DNA of 56,698 bases, taken from assembly GCA_010093745.1 (NCBI GenBank), contig MU005969.1:186001-242698 (forward strand). The letters run 5' to 3'. Below the pieces are notes generated by a model, which saw only the letters and a program-made list of their open reading frames with translations, did no database searches and was not told the DNA's origin. Positions within the stretch are counted from its first letter, which is position 1, and the number at the start of each line of letters is the position of its first letter. This document shows positions 41,652-56,179 of this stretch, in pieces. The position numbers and the translations under genes are program-made. The stretch comes from Piedraia hortae CBS 480.64. Lineage: Eukaryota.

Positions 41652-44600
41652 TCACTCCATAACAGTGGCCGTACCGTTTACGCCAGCTTCAGCCCCGTTA
41701 TGAATCCTGTTCTCAAACCCATCCCATTTCTCCTCTTCCCCATCCATTTGCTGCTGGAGGACGGCCTGATGCGAAACAATCTCCGCCAACCTCTTCAGTC
41801 TCGGCGTTTGCAGCCAGCTTGGTGTGTAGGTTTCCAGTGCGGTAATGACTCTCGGTTCAGCGATTTCATAGGGACCCGAGTCTTCCATATCAACTGCCTG
41901 TAGGAGGAGGACGTCGGTTTTGGGGTCGGTGACGCGCGAGGCTACGGCTTTCATGATTTCGCCATTGATGGGCTGCTCGTAGTCTGCTACGAGGTATTGG
42001 TTTAGAAGTTTTTGGATTTGGTTGGGTGTTAACCTAAGATGTTAGTGGAGAGATGGAAGGGTGATGATGAACTTACATCCAGCAGATGTCTTGTATGATT
42101 TCGATGTCGTTCAGTGTCGCCTTCTTGAGCTGGAGGAGTTTTGTGGCCTGCATAAGGTGTTCGAGCTGCAGGATGCCTTCGGTCATGTCGTGTGATTTGC
42201 ACCATTCCTCGATACGCGTAATATTGTAGTTGATTTGTAGGCCGCGTTTCCAGGAGAGGAAATTCCGTCGCATGAGGAGGTCGTTGAAGGCGGTTACGCC
42301 GACGAGACGTAGCAACTCGTTCACGGCTTGCTTGATGATCGAGTCTTCCAAATGATAAGTCTTCATGGCGCGGAAGACGTTATTCAAAACCTTGAGCAGG
42401 TCGTCCATGTTGAAAACGGGCGCGTTGGTAGACTGCAGCAGCTTGCCGAGGAAACGATTGCTCTCTGTCGTGACAAAGCCCGGCAGCGCCTGCGACTCAA
42501 TAATGGCCGGAACGATCATCTTGTGCAGCTTCTTCTTGAGAACTTTCATCCAGGTGTGGTAGATGTTGAACTCGAGGCTCTCAAGATCGTGCTTGACAAT
42601 CTCTAGCAGACGGTCATACTCGTAGTTGTCCGTCTTTTGCGATTCGTACCAGTCTTCTGCCAAAAAGACAAACGACAGCATTTCGTGCACGTTGGACAGC
42701 CAAAAGGCGCCAGGGTTAACTGCCTCGTCGCCATCGTGCTGCATGACCTCTTTCTGGATTGACTGCATGACATTTGCGAGGAAGCGCTCAGACTCCTTGA
42801 CGAAGCCGTTGTTCCACATCTCCGAAGTCACCAAATTGATGAGATAGGCAGGGAAAAGCACTTCCTTTTCTGATGGCGGCTGGGACTCTGGCGTCGGGAT
42901 CATGAGGTTCTTGATGAGACCCATTGTGACCTCGTCGTTGAGTCCGTTTTCGTCTGCGAGCAGACTTTCCAGCTCGGCTTCGACATCTTCCAGGCCGGGC
43001 GTAAAGGTGGAGCCCGAGAGGTTTTGTGCATGACCAGCACCGGGCCCATGGGCGACTGACGCCGGCCGCGGGTTGAAGGAGCCGCTGTAGCGTTCGGAGA
43101 GCTCGGGCCCAATGCTCCGCCGCTTGGGTTTCTTGTTTGAAACGAGATTGATGAGGCCCGGAGTGGATGTAGGTACAGCACTTCCGCCAACGCCATTGGT
43201 GATGGGAGCGGCGCGTTTGGCAAGCTCCAGCTGATCCTGCAGCTCGGCTAGCTGCTGGCGGAGGGACAACTTCTCCGTCTCCGACACCGTCTTGCCTTGG
43301 CGGCTGGACTCGAGCTCTTGCGTCGTCAGCTTGAGGCTGTCCCGCAGCTTCTGCTCTTCGGCCTCGAGTTTCTTCATGCTGGCCTGGCTCTCTTCGTAAG
43401 CGGCTTGTAGTCGGCGCATGTCGTCTTCCATGGCAGCAATGCGAGCGGCGTGCATCCCGGCCTGGTTGGCCTCTCGCTGCAGCTCGTTGGCCCGCGACTC
43501 GAGAGCGTTGTGGCGCTCACGCATGCTACGGATCTGGCTCTCGTAGCTCTGCACCTGGCCCTTAAGCGTGCGATTTTCCGTCTTGTACACGCCCAGGCTC
43601 TGCGTCAACTCAACCACCTTGTTCTCCAGCTTGTAGGAAATCTGCCGCAGATCGCGTGCCTCCTCGCGCAGCGTCTTGTAGCCCCTTCGAGCTTGGCGGC
43701 CCCTCCACAGCGACTGCACCAACACCACTTTTCGTCGCTTATCGCGCCATTGCTTGAGCTGGTGGTGGCGCTTCCAGTTGCGCTGGATGCAGCGGGCAGC
43801 GTCGCCGAGCCGCTGATCTAGGAGCCTCTTTCGGCAGAGCCAAGCCCGCGCCGCTGCTTCATAGAGGATGATATCGTTGCGGATCTGTAGGAACCCTTTC
43901 CGCTCCTTCTGCCCTCGCCAGACGCGCTGAATTGCGGTGGCCCCTTTTTGGCGACGGGCCTCCTGGGCGCGATGCCGGGCCATGGACCCTCTTGTGAGGG
44001 CCTGAAAAGAACGAATGGCGGCAAGTGTCTGGAGATACTGCCGCCGGTAATACTTGGCCCTTAGGTTCTTCTGGATCATGATCGCCGCGCTGTTGAGCCG
44101 GTTTGTGCGCAGGTTCTCCAAAAACGCCAGCATGCCGGCGCGGAAGAAGATCTTGGTGAGGCCCAGCTGGTACTTGTCGGTGCCGGGGCCCTCGCCCAGC
44201 GCGGTGCTGAGGATGCGGTCGGCCATATCCCGCACCTCGACAGTCCACTGCGACGATGGCACCAGCATATAGTAGCGCATGGCAAAGTCCTCGTATGTCC
44301 AGCGCGTCGGATATCCGGCGCACGAGATGCGCACCGTCTCCAGCACACCGCAGGCCCGAAGCTGGCTGAGGACCATGGGGCCTTCGAATTTCCACGCCTC
44401 CTTTGCCTCGTTTGGCTTGATGCAGCGGATATAGTGCACCTCGGTCGAGCCGATTGTGTTCATCAGTTCAATGAGGCTGCTCTTGAAGATGCCGCCCAGC
44501 GTCGGCTTACGCGCAGCAGCCTTGCTGCGAGCCCCGACAGCAGCCTTGGGCGCAGACGCTGCCGTATCACGCTCCCGGACGGCCGCCGACGTGTCCAGCA

Positions 44601-46478
44601 CCTCTTGCAGGAACGGGTTAGTGGTGGCCCGCAGCACATCGAGGTGGCCATCAGGTACGGTATCACGGTTCTTCTCGATGAAGCCGTCGCTCTCGTACGT
44701 AACATCTACAGCATAATGACAGACGGCGAAAGCTGTCTTGCCAAACCGCGGCTTCTTGTAAAACTTGTGTTTGTCAAAGTAGTTTGCGTGCAGCTTGGTC
44801 AAGAACGACTCGTCAGAGCCCATGGGCAACCGCGATTCCTCGTCCAGCAGGGCCAAAACACCCAACTTGCCCTCGATGAGGTCGATGCACGGCTGGTTGT
44901 CGGAGAAATCAATAAACGACCACTGGATCTGCTCACGCACATATTCCTCCTGCTCAAGCTTGAAGACGTGCTGGTTGAACTCCTGCTGCAGTTTCTCGTT
45001 GGCGTAGTTGATGCAAAACTGCTCAAAGCTGTTCCGGGCAAAGTGTTCGAAGCCGTAGATGTCGAGCACACCAATGAAGCGTTTGGCCGTTGCCAGCGTG
45101 GCTTCCGACGCCAGGAAGCCGTTCATCGTCTCAACCAGCCAATCGAACAATGACGAATACACGTACTTGGCCACCGAATCACGCACGACCGTCGCCTGAC
45201 TCTGGTTCAGCTTCGACACAATCGTCTCGCCGCGCGTTACCAGCGCCTTTTTCACCGTCCACTTGGCAAACGCCGTTGCATCGATGCCGAGCAGCGCACA
45301 GGCCTTAACGAGCGACGGCTCTGTGTCGGCCAGGTGGGCTTCATCACGGGATGCTGAGATCTGGACGTTGCCCATGTGCAAAAGACCGGCCAAGATGCGC
45401 CATAGCGCCGCCTGCTGATCCTCCGTCACCCCAAGCCGCACGAGCGAAGCCTGTGTCTCGGCAAAGTCTTTGGCGTCGTCTACGCCATCGATTGTCGGCG
45501 CATTGCCCTGATTTAGGTAGGCAAAATCGTCCGCAGCCAGCAAATCGAGCTCGGCACGCTGAGCATCGGTGGCCCCGGCCACGAGCTGGTAGAAAATGTG
45601 GTAGTTGCGCTCCTTGAGTGGCTGGAAAACTAGTCGTGACCGCTCTAACAGATATGTGCGGATCCTTGCGCCAATGATGTCGTACGAGTTGCTGAACAGG
45701 ATTTCGATATACTTGCCAAACCGGGACGAGTTGTCGTTTCGCGTGGTCTTGGCGTTGCCAAAGGCCTCCATGATTGGGTTAGTGGCCAGGATTTGCTCCT
45801 CAGTCTCACTCATCGTGTCTGCGCGCGGCTTGGACCGCGACTGGTCGGGCGACTCGCGCGTTGCAAAGTAGCGCATAATGTACTTTGCGCTGACCGTCTT
45901 GCCGGCGCCCGACTCGCCGGACACGACGATCGTCTGGTTCTTGTCGTCGCGCAGCATATCGGCAAAGGCCTCCTCCGCTATCGCAAATAGATGCGGCGCC
46001 TGCGACGCCCGCTGCTTGCCCGCGTACACCTGCACCATACCTGGCACGTAGAGCGAGTCGACGCGTGCAAACGGATTCGTCGCAATCAGCACGATGCCAG
46101 AGTACGTGTAAATCTCCTTTTGCGCGTACCGCAGCCGGATGGCCTGCAGCACGGCCGGCTCGTTGAGGTGCGAGAGGTTTGTGAGGTCGTCGCTGGCCTC
46201 GAGTATTGCCGGATTCATCAGCGGCGGTAGAGTGCTGGATGAGGCACCGCGCTCGCCCTGAAGGGCTGCCAGCGTCGTCTCAATCGTCTTGGACTGGCCA
46301 TATCGTCAGCAAAGTATCATGGCCGGGTCCGCCTGATCCTTACCTCGCCATTCTCCAACTCAAACACGAGTGTCACTTTTTCCCCATCCACCTTCTTCTG
46401 CTTCACCTCCGACGCGACCCAGCCCTCGGTTGCGTCAGGTTGCCACGCCTTGGTACCAACATCGTAGAGGTGCGCCAT
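41652..46478 (-). CDS. MYO2: Class V myosin (exons 46478-46344, 46293-42077, 42033-41652)
   Basis: GESGAGKT P-loop, NDNSSRFGK and DIYGFE motifs, IQ motifs, coiled coil and DIL domain (WKRGLQINYNITRIEEW). Introns 46343-46294 (50 nt) and 42076-42034 (43 nt) have canonical signals. Confidence 0.97.
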
Positions 46479-49400
46479 CTTGGCCGCAGTCCGTTGCGGC
46501 CGGCCGCTGCTTTGGCTGGAGGTTTACTGTGGGAGCTCCCTGAGTACTCGGTAGTAATGGCGGCTCATTCCATACCCTCTTTAGCGAGGTTCGGGTCGTA
46601 AGGGTGCTGTTTGGATGTGTCTGTCGTATCTCCCTGAACAGCGACTAGCGCCGGCACCGGCCGCCCCCGCTGCAGGGGCCAGCCAATCACGCGTCACGTG
46701 AACCGCTAAGGGAAATACCCGTCAGCGAGCATGCACGTGGATGCAGTGAAAGGTATGCATACCTTATATGATAGATACGATTATGAGGGGAAGACCAAAC
46801 TCTCCGAACATCCCATAACAGGGCTACATGGTAATCGTGCAAGACCGCAACAGTTTTTAAAGACCCATCCTTCCACAAGGCCACAAGCATGTGGTAAACT
46901 TCAACCTCGAAAAGGGCTTTGTTGTGCTTGGGTTACCGCAAGGCGCGGCTGGCACTCGGATGCATGAAATAAATGGCCTGTTGAAAGGCCTGGGGGAGTG
47001 TTTTGCTCTCAGACTTCATGTTCTGGTTTGAAAAAGAACACGTGGGTGAGAATGCGGCGAAGAGATAGGGGTGGAAATGCTTCGCCAGTTGAGATCCCAT
47101 TGTGAGTAAGGTCGATGATGAGGATACCGGTGTGGATAGATAACGAGCATTTGTCGAGGAGGCGTTCCTTGGATTGATGAATTAACAAAACCGACAAATA
47201 GTGATATCGGATTGATGACATACGAGAAGACGGTCTGTAACAAATTCACCTTGGAGCATAGTTCTAAAGACGATATCCAACCGCAAATTTTACATTATCG
47301 CCCGTCACAGTCGTTCCTCAATTTTGTATCTACTTGCGTAGGTCTTGGAGTGCATCATTTAGATAAAGTTTGTGCTGCGAAAACAGATGCTAGTCAGTCT
47401 ATGTAGCGCGAAGCAATAGCATAATCTCATATGATTTACATACCCTAGCGAGGAACCCCAATGGACCTCCATGCATGGCACCCAACATAGTCAATGAGAC
47501 CCCAGCATAAACCAATAAAGGTATATGGTAACTATTCATTCGAACCAGGGTGTGAGGTCGTGGGAGCGAGACGACCGAATGGGAGGCGTTGCGGAGGACC
47601 ATTGGCTAGAGATTGGGACAGAACAACGCATGAAGAAGGCGACAAGAAAAGAAATGGCACAGAATCTTAGGAGCGTCCGAAGGCCTGAATATTCCGGCCC
47701 TCGCTGGTGAGTGGTCCATCAACTCCATTTCAGATATGCTTAAAGTTTTCAAGGTTCAACACCTCTGTGGTACAGATTGCGGGAAGATTCGTGGGCCATC
47801 TGCATATCTTGCAGAGCGAGAGAGAATGACGGGTAATCTGTCGAGGCACGCGGCTGATGACGAAACATCCCGTTACACTTGGGACTTTCAAAGCTGCGGG
47901 GTATCTTACCCTGGGATTATATAACTTGGGGTAAGCCCCAATTTGGACTAGTTTTGTCACATTTGAGGTAGGATTTGTCATATTTGTCGCAGAAGCCTGA
48001 GTTATCTTACCCCAGGGCAAGATACCCCCCAGCTTTGGAAAACTCCCACCGTGAACAATCATATGTTGAGAACGCATATATGGAAATGACGCGAGGACCC
48101 CGCCCGTTCTTTTTTCTACTCTTGTTATCTCTCTATCGACGGTAATATTCTGATAATATCCTAACAATATCTAAATAATATCGTGATCATGCTCTTCGAT
48201 ATGACGAACATTTCCAAGATTCTTGTTTTTCAGCCGCCCCGCTGCTTGTAGCGCTCATCTTGTCTTGTCCTCATCAACATGTGCTTTGATTTTGCTTTCT
48301 TTCGCGTGGTGGTTTTACTTGATATGACGAGAATACGATAACACTTCGGCGATATCTCGCAGTTTGCACGTCAGTGTGAATATCACTTGGAAATCTCATA
48401 ATCAAGTCCCTTCTCCACGCGGAAATGTTGGTCTTCATGATTGTGGTCTTTAATCTACTTTTTGCCGCGGCTTGCAATTTTTGGTCTTACAATATTATGA
48501 AACATCATATAAGATGATAATGTTACCACGGTATAGTCGTGATATCCTAGTAATATTCCGCAGGACTGGCTGGTGAAGTCAGTTTACCTGAGACCGGTGT
48601 GGAGATCTGTGGGGAAAGTTAACAGATCTTTCGATATATACACCACTTTGATATTTATCCCGGTCCGCTGCGAATGATCTTAGGGAGGCGTTCCTCGCTC
48701 TCACGGCCTCACAAGTGGTGTTTGATCAAAACGGAACGATTGTGATGTATTGAATTTAACTTTCAAGCCTTACAAGGCAGTACACAAAGCTAAAAACTAT
48801 AACTTCACTAGCAGAGAAACAACCTAACAGCCAATCGGTCTCAGCTGGTGATACAGAGTGAGATTTTGATCGTAATCAGGTAGAGTTGTTAGGAAGCCAT
48901 CTCTTTTTCATAGTCATGGCGACCAGAACACCCTTGGTGGTCTTGTATCCTTCTCCCAACGCTTGTGCATTGACGTGCAGCCCGTGGTCATGCATAAACC
49001 CAAATACGTTGTGTGTAAGCAACGGTTTAACGTGAACTTAAATCTCTTCGGCCTCAGAGGTTCCCTCCGCCCCGTCAGGTGAAATCACGTGACCCGACTA
49101 ATTCCCGGCTAACCACAGAGCGCCTCCGTCTGTATATATACCCCCACTCCCCGACATCATACTGGGCCAGTAGTGCGGGTGGAGTAGGTGGATCACTGCT
49201 CATTCAAAAGCCTCGGGGAGGCCCCGGATTCGATTGCTGCAAGGCCAGTCTGTCAATGCCCAAGCTACGCTGCCTGATCCCACTGCATTAGCCGCACTTC
49301 TCATAATTCATCCCGAGCTATACAAAGGCAACTTACCCGTGGAATATGAACGGCAGTAAGGGGAGATGGACAAACGGCGGCTTGGAAGGTTACATTTTTC

Positions 49401-50545
49401 TTATTGTTCTTTTTTTTTTGGCCAGTTGACGGAGCCTCATTGGATTGTCCTACGTCTTGTGTATTACCTATCAGGTTGAGGGAACAGCTGTTGGAAGCAC
49501 AGTAAAGTTTATATAGATCAACACAGCCAACTCTATGCCGACTGTGTCCAAGGTAGAATGTCGTTCTTTGGCCGATAGGCTTACATATGGGTCATCTCTT
49601 CCTCTGCCAATTAAGTTGGTATTGTCATACTTCCTCCCCTTACAGTGGACATAAACTCTGTACACAATTCGATCCGCTATATCCAGTATCAGATACCTTG
49701 ATCCATTACCCACATCTTCCACTTGTACCCTCGACATCATCGTCATTGGGAACGAAAAAGGTGGACTTAAAAACTGGGGATGACGGCGTAGTTTTTGATT
49801 CAGACCGGATTGCAAGTGATGACTTTCATCTGGGACGAAGAGCCAAATACTTCCATGAGAACACCCCCAGATTCCCGTTTCTATGTCGTTGTAAGGGGTG
49901 GGAAGTCAAGGTTGGAAGGCTCAAAATCTGTCTGCTTCGTAGGTCCTGCGTCACGTCAAAGTCATGGAGCTTGGCCTCTTCGGCAGCCCCCGAGCCTTGA
50001 CCACTTCGTCGCTGTTGCCTCTTAGCATGGACTCCATGGTGGTGTGTTGATGCTGATGCTGACGCTGATGCGGAGGATGACAGGCGGACCCAGCAAGGCC
50101 TGGTGCAGACGACGGCCCGTCATTGCGGATCCATCCATCTTGGTCTCACGAACACCCATGGTAAGCTCGTTGAAGGCTGGATGGAATGGGCATTGCTCGT
50201 ACGGCTGGTAGTGCACAGACCTTCGTAGCATCATTAGTCGCCTCGAGCGTCCAGACGTCCCCAACGGCAGCGTCAAGCGCAGAGTCAACAGAGTCCAGTC
50301 CAACAACACTGTTGTCCGTCCAATCTCATGACCGTAACCCTTACAACCCCCATGGTCAGACACCCTAACTTTGCAGAGCCATGTCCTCCCTCGTCAACGA
50401 ACCGCCTTGGCCTCCTCCCTGACGACGTGCCTTGTGGCGGGGATCGACCCAGATCCCAGTTGAGTCGTAATGCATCGAAATTCCGTCATAACATGCAGAA
50501 TTTTCGTCGATCAAGCGCTGGACATGGTGGAGGATGCCTCTGTGA

Positions 50546-52514
50546 TCTCGCAAGCAGACATACAGAGACATCAAACGAGAGAGTGTGTGCGTTCTCATGC
50601 TTCGTCCGCCGGCCCGTTTGCCTGGGCTTGCGACGGCTGCAAGGAATCCACCCCCGGGTTCAAGACCCTGCGGTTTGCCCTGTGAACACCACCGTCGGTG
50701 GCTTCTTCGCCCTGGGGCAAGACGGTCCGCCAGACCGTCGCTGACCATTCGACGCTGCTGCAGAAGAATCCACCGGCTGAGATTGAAGGGTCAGACGCAA
50801 CCTCCAGGCGATATTTTGCGGGAATGGACTCTAGACGCTTGCCGTCGATTTCTTGCCGCACTGGCTGGAAGCTGCATTCTAGTACCATGGCCGTCACCGC
50901 TCATGGTATGTCGAACACTCAGGAAACAGTGTTGGCCCGAAGTATATATATACCCGTTAGATTGAGGCGCCAAAAAGCGAACACGAATGCCTGTGTATAT
51001 ATATATCGCAGTGTTTCCATGCCCAAAAGCACGGCCTTGTATGTCTTATGAGTGCTGCAGTCTATCGCGCAGATCAGTGATGGTCGAATCGAGCGCTGAC
51101 GGTGTATCATAGAGCCCATAGTATCTCTCGCCGAGCTAGCCGTGTAGATACATATCCAACGCCCCCTTGAACACGTTGGGCAAGGCACTGGCTGTGGTGC
51201 ATTGCTGTCACGGAACCATATCGCAGCCACGTGACCCGACATCTCATCTCCAGCCCATAGCGTAGTTAGCTCTTCCGTATGGCACAACAAAGTTATAAGG
51301 ATAGCATAGTCCGCGATGTGACAATTGCAATCAATGTCGACATGCACATCGCATCAGTAGGGCACTGAACGGCACCGGCATTAGTAAAGTTGATAGTACC
51401 GTACCCGCGGTGTTGAAGTCCAAAGTTTATGTGGAGGGGAAGTTGAATCAGCACGAAATTTTGCGCTTGAATCAACGCTGACAACACGGACCATGTGTGG
51501 CAAAATGGACCGTGCACCTTTCCCCGGCAAAACATGTATTGCACGAGGTTCGTGCAGCATTGCCAAGAAGTGTGCACGGTCCAAGCGTTGCAAAATGATT
51601 TGTGCGGTCCGTATTCATTCAAATTCCCACTCTGCCAACTTCGATTCCTGCTCTACGACAACTATTGACTTCAGCGCCGAGTCCGAAAAGCCGGGCCTGG
51701 GCTGTGTGTAACGCAACCCACAGAGATCAAGGCTTCGTTGTTGTCAAGCACCGCATTCATGCCCTGCTAGCGGTGAAAACCTGCGCGAACCTATGCACGG
51801 ACCATTTCGCAACACATGGTCCGTACGGTCAGCTTTTAATTCGTCCGTGCTGGTTCAATTCTCTCCTACAACAACTTCAGACTTGAACACTGCGGAATTG
51901 GTACCAGGCACTCCCACCCTACGGATGTGAGGTGCATGGCGGCAAAGACAGCACAGCCTCTTGGCAGTCGCTTCGATGAGCGCACGCGAGGATTCGTCGA
52001 GCCTGTACACAGCTGACTCGGCGAGGGGTACCAAGCACCCGGATGAGTTCGGCCACCGCTTGTTGCTTCCTGAACCACAACGTTTTGGATACAATACACA
52101 TGCAGGCAACTTTTTTCGACAAGTCCAATGGGTTTCCGGTCGCCACAGGCACCAGATGCCTCCATAACTATGTACATGCACCCGTACCGTACCACATCGG
52201 CAACTGCAAAGGCGGTAGAGGCAATTACAGCGATCCATTGCTTCAAGACATGCTGTAAATGGTGCCCCAGGGGCCAGCTCTCAAGCGCTATCAACGCAAG
52301 CAACCGCGTTTACTTTGACGCTATCCAAGTGAGGGGTATATATAAACCTTGAATTTTTGCACCAACACTGTTTCTTGAGTGTTCGCGATTACCATGAGCG
52401 ATGATAGCCATGGTACATGGATTCAACTTCCAATAAGATAAAATCCAGCTGAGTGCGGAGCATGAAAACATACAATCTCCCTCGCTCGAAGCCTCTGTAT
52501 GTCTGCTTGCGAGA
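50546..52514. repeat. Long diverged inverted duplication (arms ~50546-50990 and ~52295-52514), probable decayed transposon
   Basis: A 22-bp exact inverted match at 50546-50567/52493-52514 and a second block at 50882-50935/52362-52416. Confidence 0.7.
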
Positions 52515-55137
52515 CTATGGGGCGTTTTCCATAAAAGCTGTAAGAGAGGAGGTAACCTCTACCCGCTTTGCTTTCGCTACCAACTGAATTGCAAACCGTG
52601 CACAATGCAACACAGGAGGAGTGCTCGCAGCTGGACAACACATGGCATAGAATCAATATGGCAGAAAACGTGGTAAACAGTTGTGGCGTGGTGCTTGCTC
52701 TATCCAGGCCATCTGAAACTGGGTTTCGCGTGAGTGTTATCAAGAACTGGAGCTGGCCGGCGCGCCCATGATCGCCCAACGGCCTCCTATGCCAATTATA
52801 CAGTCCCCACCCACAACGAGACTCAAGACATTCATAAGATGCGGAACAAGACCTTTCTGAAGGTCAAGATCCACCGTCAGAGCTAAGGTGGTCAGTCAGC
52901 CATCATGACTAAAGAAGACGAACCACCCCATCAGGAAGACTTTGGCGAGCTTGACAATGTTGTTCAATCAATCGAGCGTTACAACCCGTACGAGAAGGAA
53001 GCCAATGACATGGACAATGTCACGGACAAGCGGATCCGCAGAGATATGGCAATCCTGAAGAAGACACGGATGTCTTGTGTCGAGAGAAGAAGGTCTTGAA
53101 CATTGTCGAATGACGTTCCAAGTGGATTGGGCCGGTACCAGCTGGGAGGTGACATGATGTCAGACGCCCGCTGGAGGAGGTAGATAGAGCACCGGACTTC
53201 CAATGGTTTTTACCTCACTGAGGTTGCTTTCCCTGGGACGTGGTCACGTCACAGGATGTCGTCACGGCGAATGTGCTTCGGACTGTGACAGATCCTGGGG
53301 CAGTCTTGACACACGTCTTCTCCATCATCCGGACGACATCGATAGTTATAGACATGAGTCACCGACATCCACCATTCACCGATCCACTATTCACAGATAT
53401 CGGAGTGAGGTGAGTAGATTCCCCTCTTACGATAGCTTTGAGCCAGGAGAGCCTCTCCTCCATTACACCCTCCTCTCAGCCTCGTAACTAGACACTTCAA
53501 CATAGTGACAACATCATCATACCCACCTCATTATTCATCCACAAACGCGATCGTGAACGCAAAAGCCTACGGTAGCCTCGGAGGAATTCAGATCGCGCGT
53601 TTAGGTGAGGACATGTGTCTGCAGACTCCCGTTTGTTGAACAACATGTTGACAAACTTGGTTTCCTAAGGCCGCGTGTCTTTTTATTTCGCATGCTTGTG
53701 CATTCGCATACGTTGAAGCAAGATATGATAAGAGGAACGAGATAACTCCCCATGGGACAGCATGTTTCTCTTTCCACGCATGGTAATGTAAACCACCTGC
53801 TCCATCTCAAAAATCGCGTATTGCCCACTGTTCGGATCCGTTACAAACCTTCCGAAATTTCGTAACTCCATGCCTCGAAGAATTTCCTCCCTGTGGGAAA
53901 AGGATTTTGCGGGGAAACATCAAAAAGTCTGGTTGGGCTTCCTACTACGGAATTCTGTATTGAATGGGAAAGCTGGAACGATGGGATGAGGACCAGACCT
54001 AGAGGCTAGGAAAGACTTTGCGGAGAAATTTCGCTCTTCCTATTACACACGATTGTCGCGAAAAAAACGAGATATGGTTTAGTTATTCCTTGTGTTTGTA
54101 ACTTGTGTATCTTGGAGGCGTCGTGGGCACATGTTTCGGAGTCTTTCACAGCGGCTTTTGGATTTCTTTGAAGTCATGGCAATGAGAATAAGCTTCTCTC
54201 TCCGTACTTGTATATGTCTGCATTCCGTAGACTACACAGGGATTTATTGCTTTCTAAGGCCCGAAATCATTGTGTTGTTACATCTGACTCCTTTGTGGTT
54301 CTAAAAACTACCTAAAACTCCGCACCAGGTCAAAAGTAAGCTCGTGAAAGTACCATTCCTCTCTTCCCATCTTTACGTGTTGAGGAAGAGAAAAATAGTG
54401 AGAAAGACTTCACTACTGAATTCGAGACCCCGTCATGTCGATATCGCCAAAGCCATCCCCGCTCCCAGCACTTTTGCTTCTCCTAAACCGTGAGATCGCC
54501 AATCACTACAAATTTTCGCCGCAAGCACAAGCCTTTTTTCCAGGAAATGAAACGTGCCAATAACCATCCACGCTGTAGAGCAAGCTTTCGTGCCCCTACA
54601 ATACGCGTAGACTAAGATTTGTGGTTGGCTTGGGCACCAAAGTCGCCAAGATAATTGTCCTTAGACATACATCATCTTCTGGGACCTTATAATGCTCCAC
54701 GTCATGCACAGTGTTTGTTATTGGACAGGTTTCGGGCATGTAAAAATTTGCATTTGAGCGAAATAGAGTTACAAGATTGTGCATTTGGCCTGGAACGTCA
54801 GACGAACGGATGGATGGTATTTCTAGACCGTAACGCGTCTATAATATGGATGTCTATTAAGCAACTGCGTTTTCATACGCCTGTTGCGCGAGTGAAGTAT
54901 ATGTTTACCTGCAATGTATGATACGCTTCAGTTTCGCGTTCAACCTGTAGCTAATTTTCTTAGGACGTCTAATTGGCCCAGCAACGTCACCCAACTTCAC
55001 TCAGGTGGAGTTGCGTGTTATCATTTAAGCACTCTCCCTCCAGCACTTTCTCTCCTTTACAAAATCGCTGGTCTGACTATCCTCAGCTCCTGCACAGACA
55101 GCTTCTCAAACGCAACTTCCAACACGATATACACATC

Positions 55138-56179
55138 ATGTCCTCCTCAGATATCAACTCCAATACCACCACTTAAGACAACAGCCCTTCTGGCGCGGCC
55201 ACCTCCAGCGGTGCCACCGCACCTTCAAAACCCGTCAAGCCGCCCAAGACCACAATCGTCAAGGCGGTGGTCGCTCGGCGCATACCGGACTTTCTCGACT
55301 ATCCAAAACGTTCGGCCAATCCCGTCCCAGAGCCAGCTAGGCCATCCGAAGCCGCCAAGGCGGCCCTTGAAAAAGGCCGTGACGAGGCCAAGGCGGCCAG
55401 GCCCACCGTCCGGTACGTCTACATGGTATTGCCTGGCGGTGACGAGGGCCGGAAGAAGTTTGTTCGCAAAGGCCATGTAAAGCCATGCCACAAGCAGCGC
55501 GACATCCCTCGGCGAAAGCTGAATGCGGCTCTGAAGGAGCAAGGCCGCAGCGTGGCGAGGGTCGCACCGGGCACCGTCGCCGGTAACGGCTTTTTTAAGT
55601 CGTTGCCTGGCTACTCCAGCCAAAACACTCGTTCGCGTAACCAACCAAGAAGACCTAGAGGCAATCCGTCAAGGCGCGCATGGCCTCGAAGTCCTGAAGG
55701 CGGTTGAGGCGGAGAGACGTGTGTCCGGTCGCCCGAACCCTGCTGCCAAGCTTGCTCCCTCTGCTGCTCCCACTCCGCCTTCTGCGCCGGACCACAGGCC
55801 CGCCGACTCCTCTCTCAACCCCGTCCCATCCTCTCCAAAGCTTCCTCCCCCGCCATCCCCGCCGCCGCTACCGCTCCGCTTCGGCTCCGTCCAAGACCAC
55901 GCCTGCCGCCAAGCCAACGACCACACCGGCTCGCACGCCCGCATCCGCCCCCGCCCCGCCGCCATCAAAAAGCCCGCCGCCGGACAGCTAACCTTTTTTC
56001 AGTACCTCTGCGGCGAGGTGTCGGGGACGTCGCACAAGCGTGGCGCAACGACGGAAGACGAGACTGCCCCCGCTGCGAAGAAGCCACGCTGAAGCGAGGC
56101 CACGCGCGCGTCCCGAAAGCGCCGCGCTGATGATAACGGTGACGAAGCTCCTGCCGCTAAGAAATTGCGGGTTGTATGA
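55138..56179 (+). pseudogene. Disrupted gene for a Pro/Ala/Lys-rich protein of unknown family
   Basis: The ATG 55138 frame is interrupted by TAA at 55174 and continues to ~55650. It then shifts frame into the 55721-56092 ORF; TGA at 56090 is followed by a second APAAKK.R motif ending at 56179. GC-rich, coding-like composition. Confidence 0.55.
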
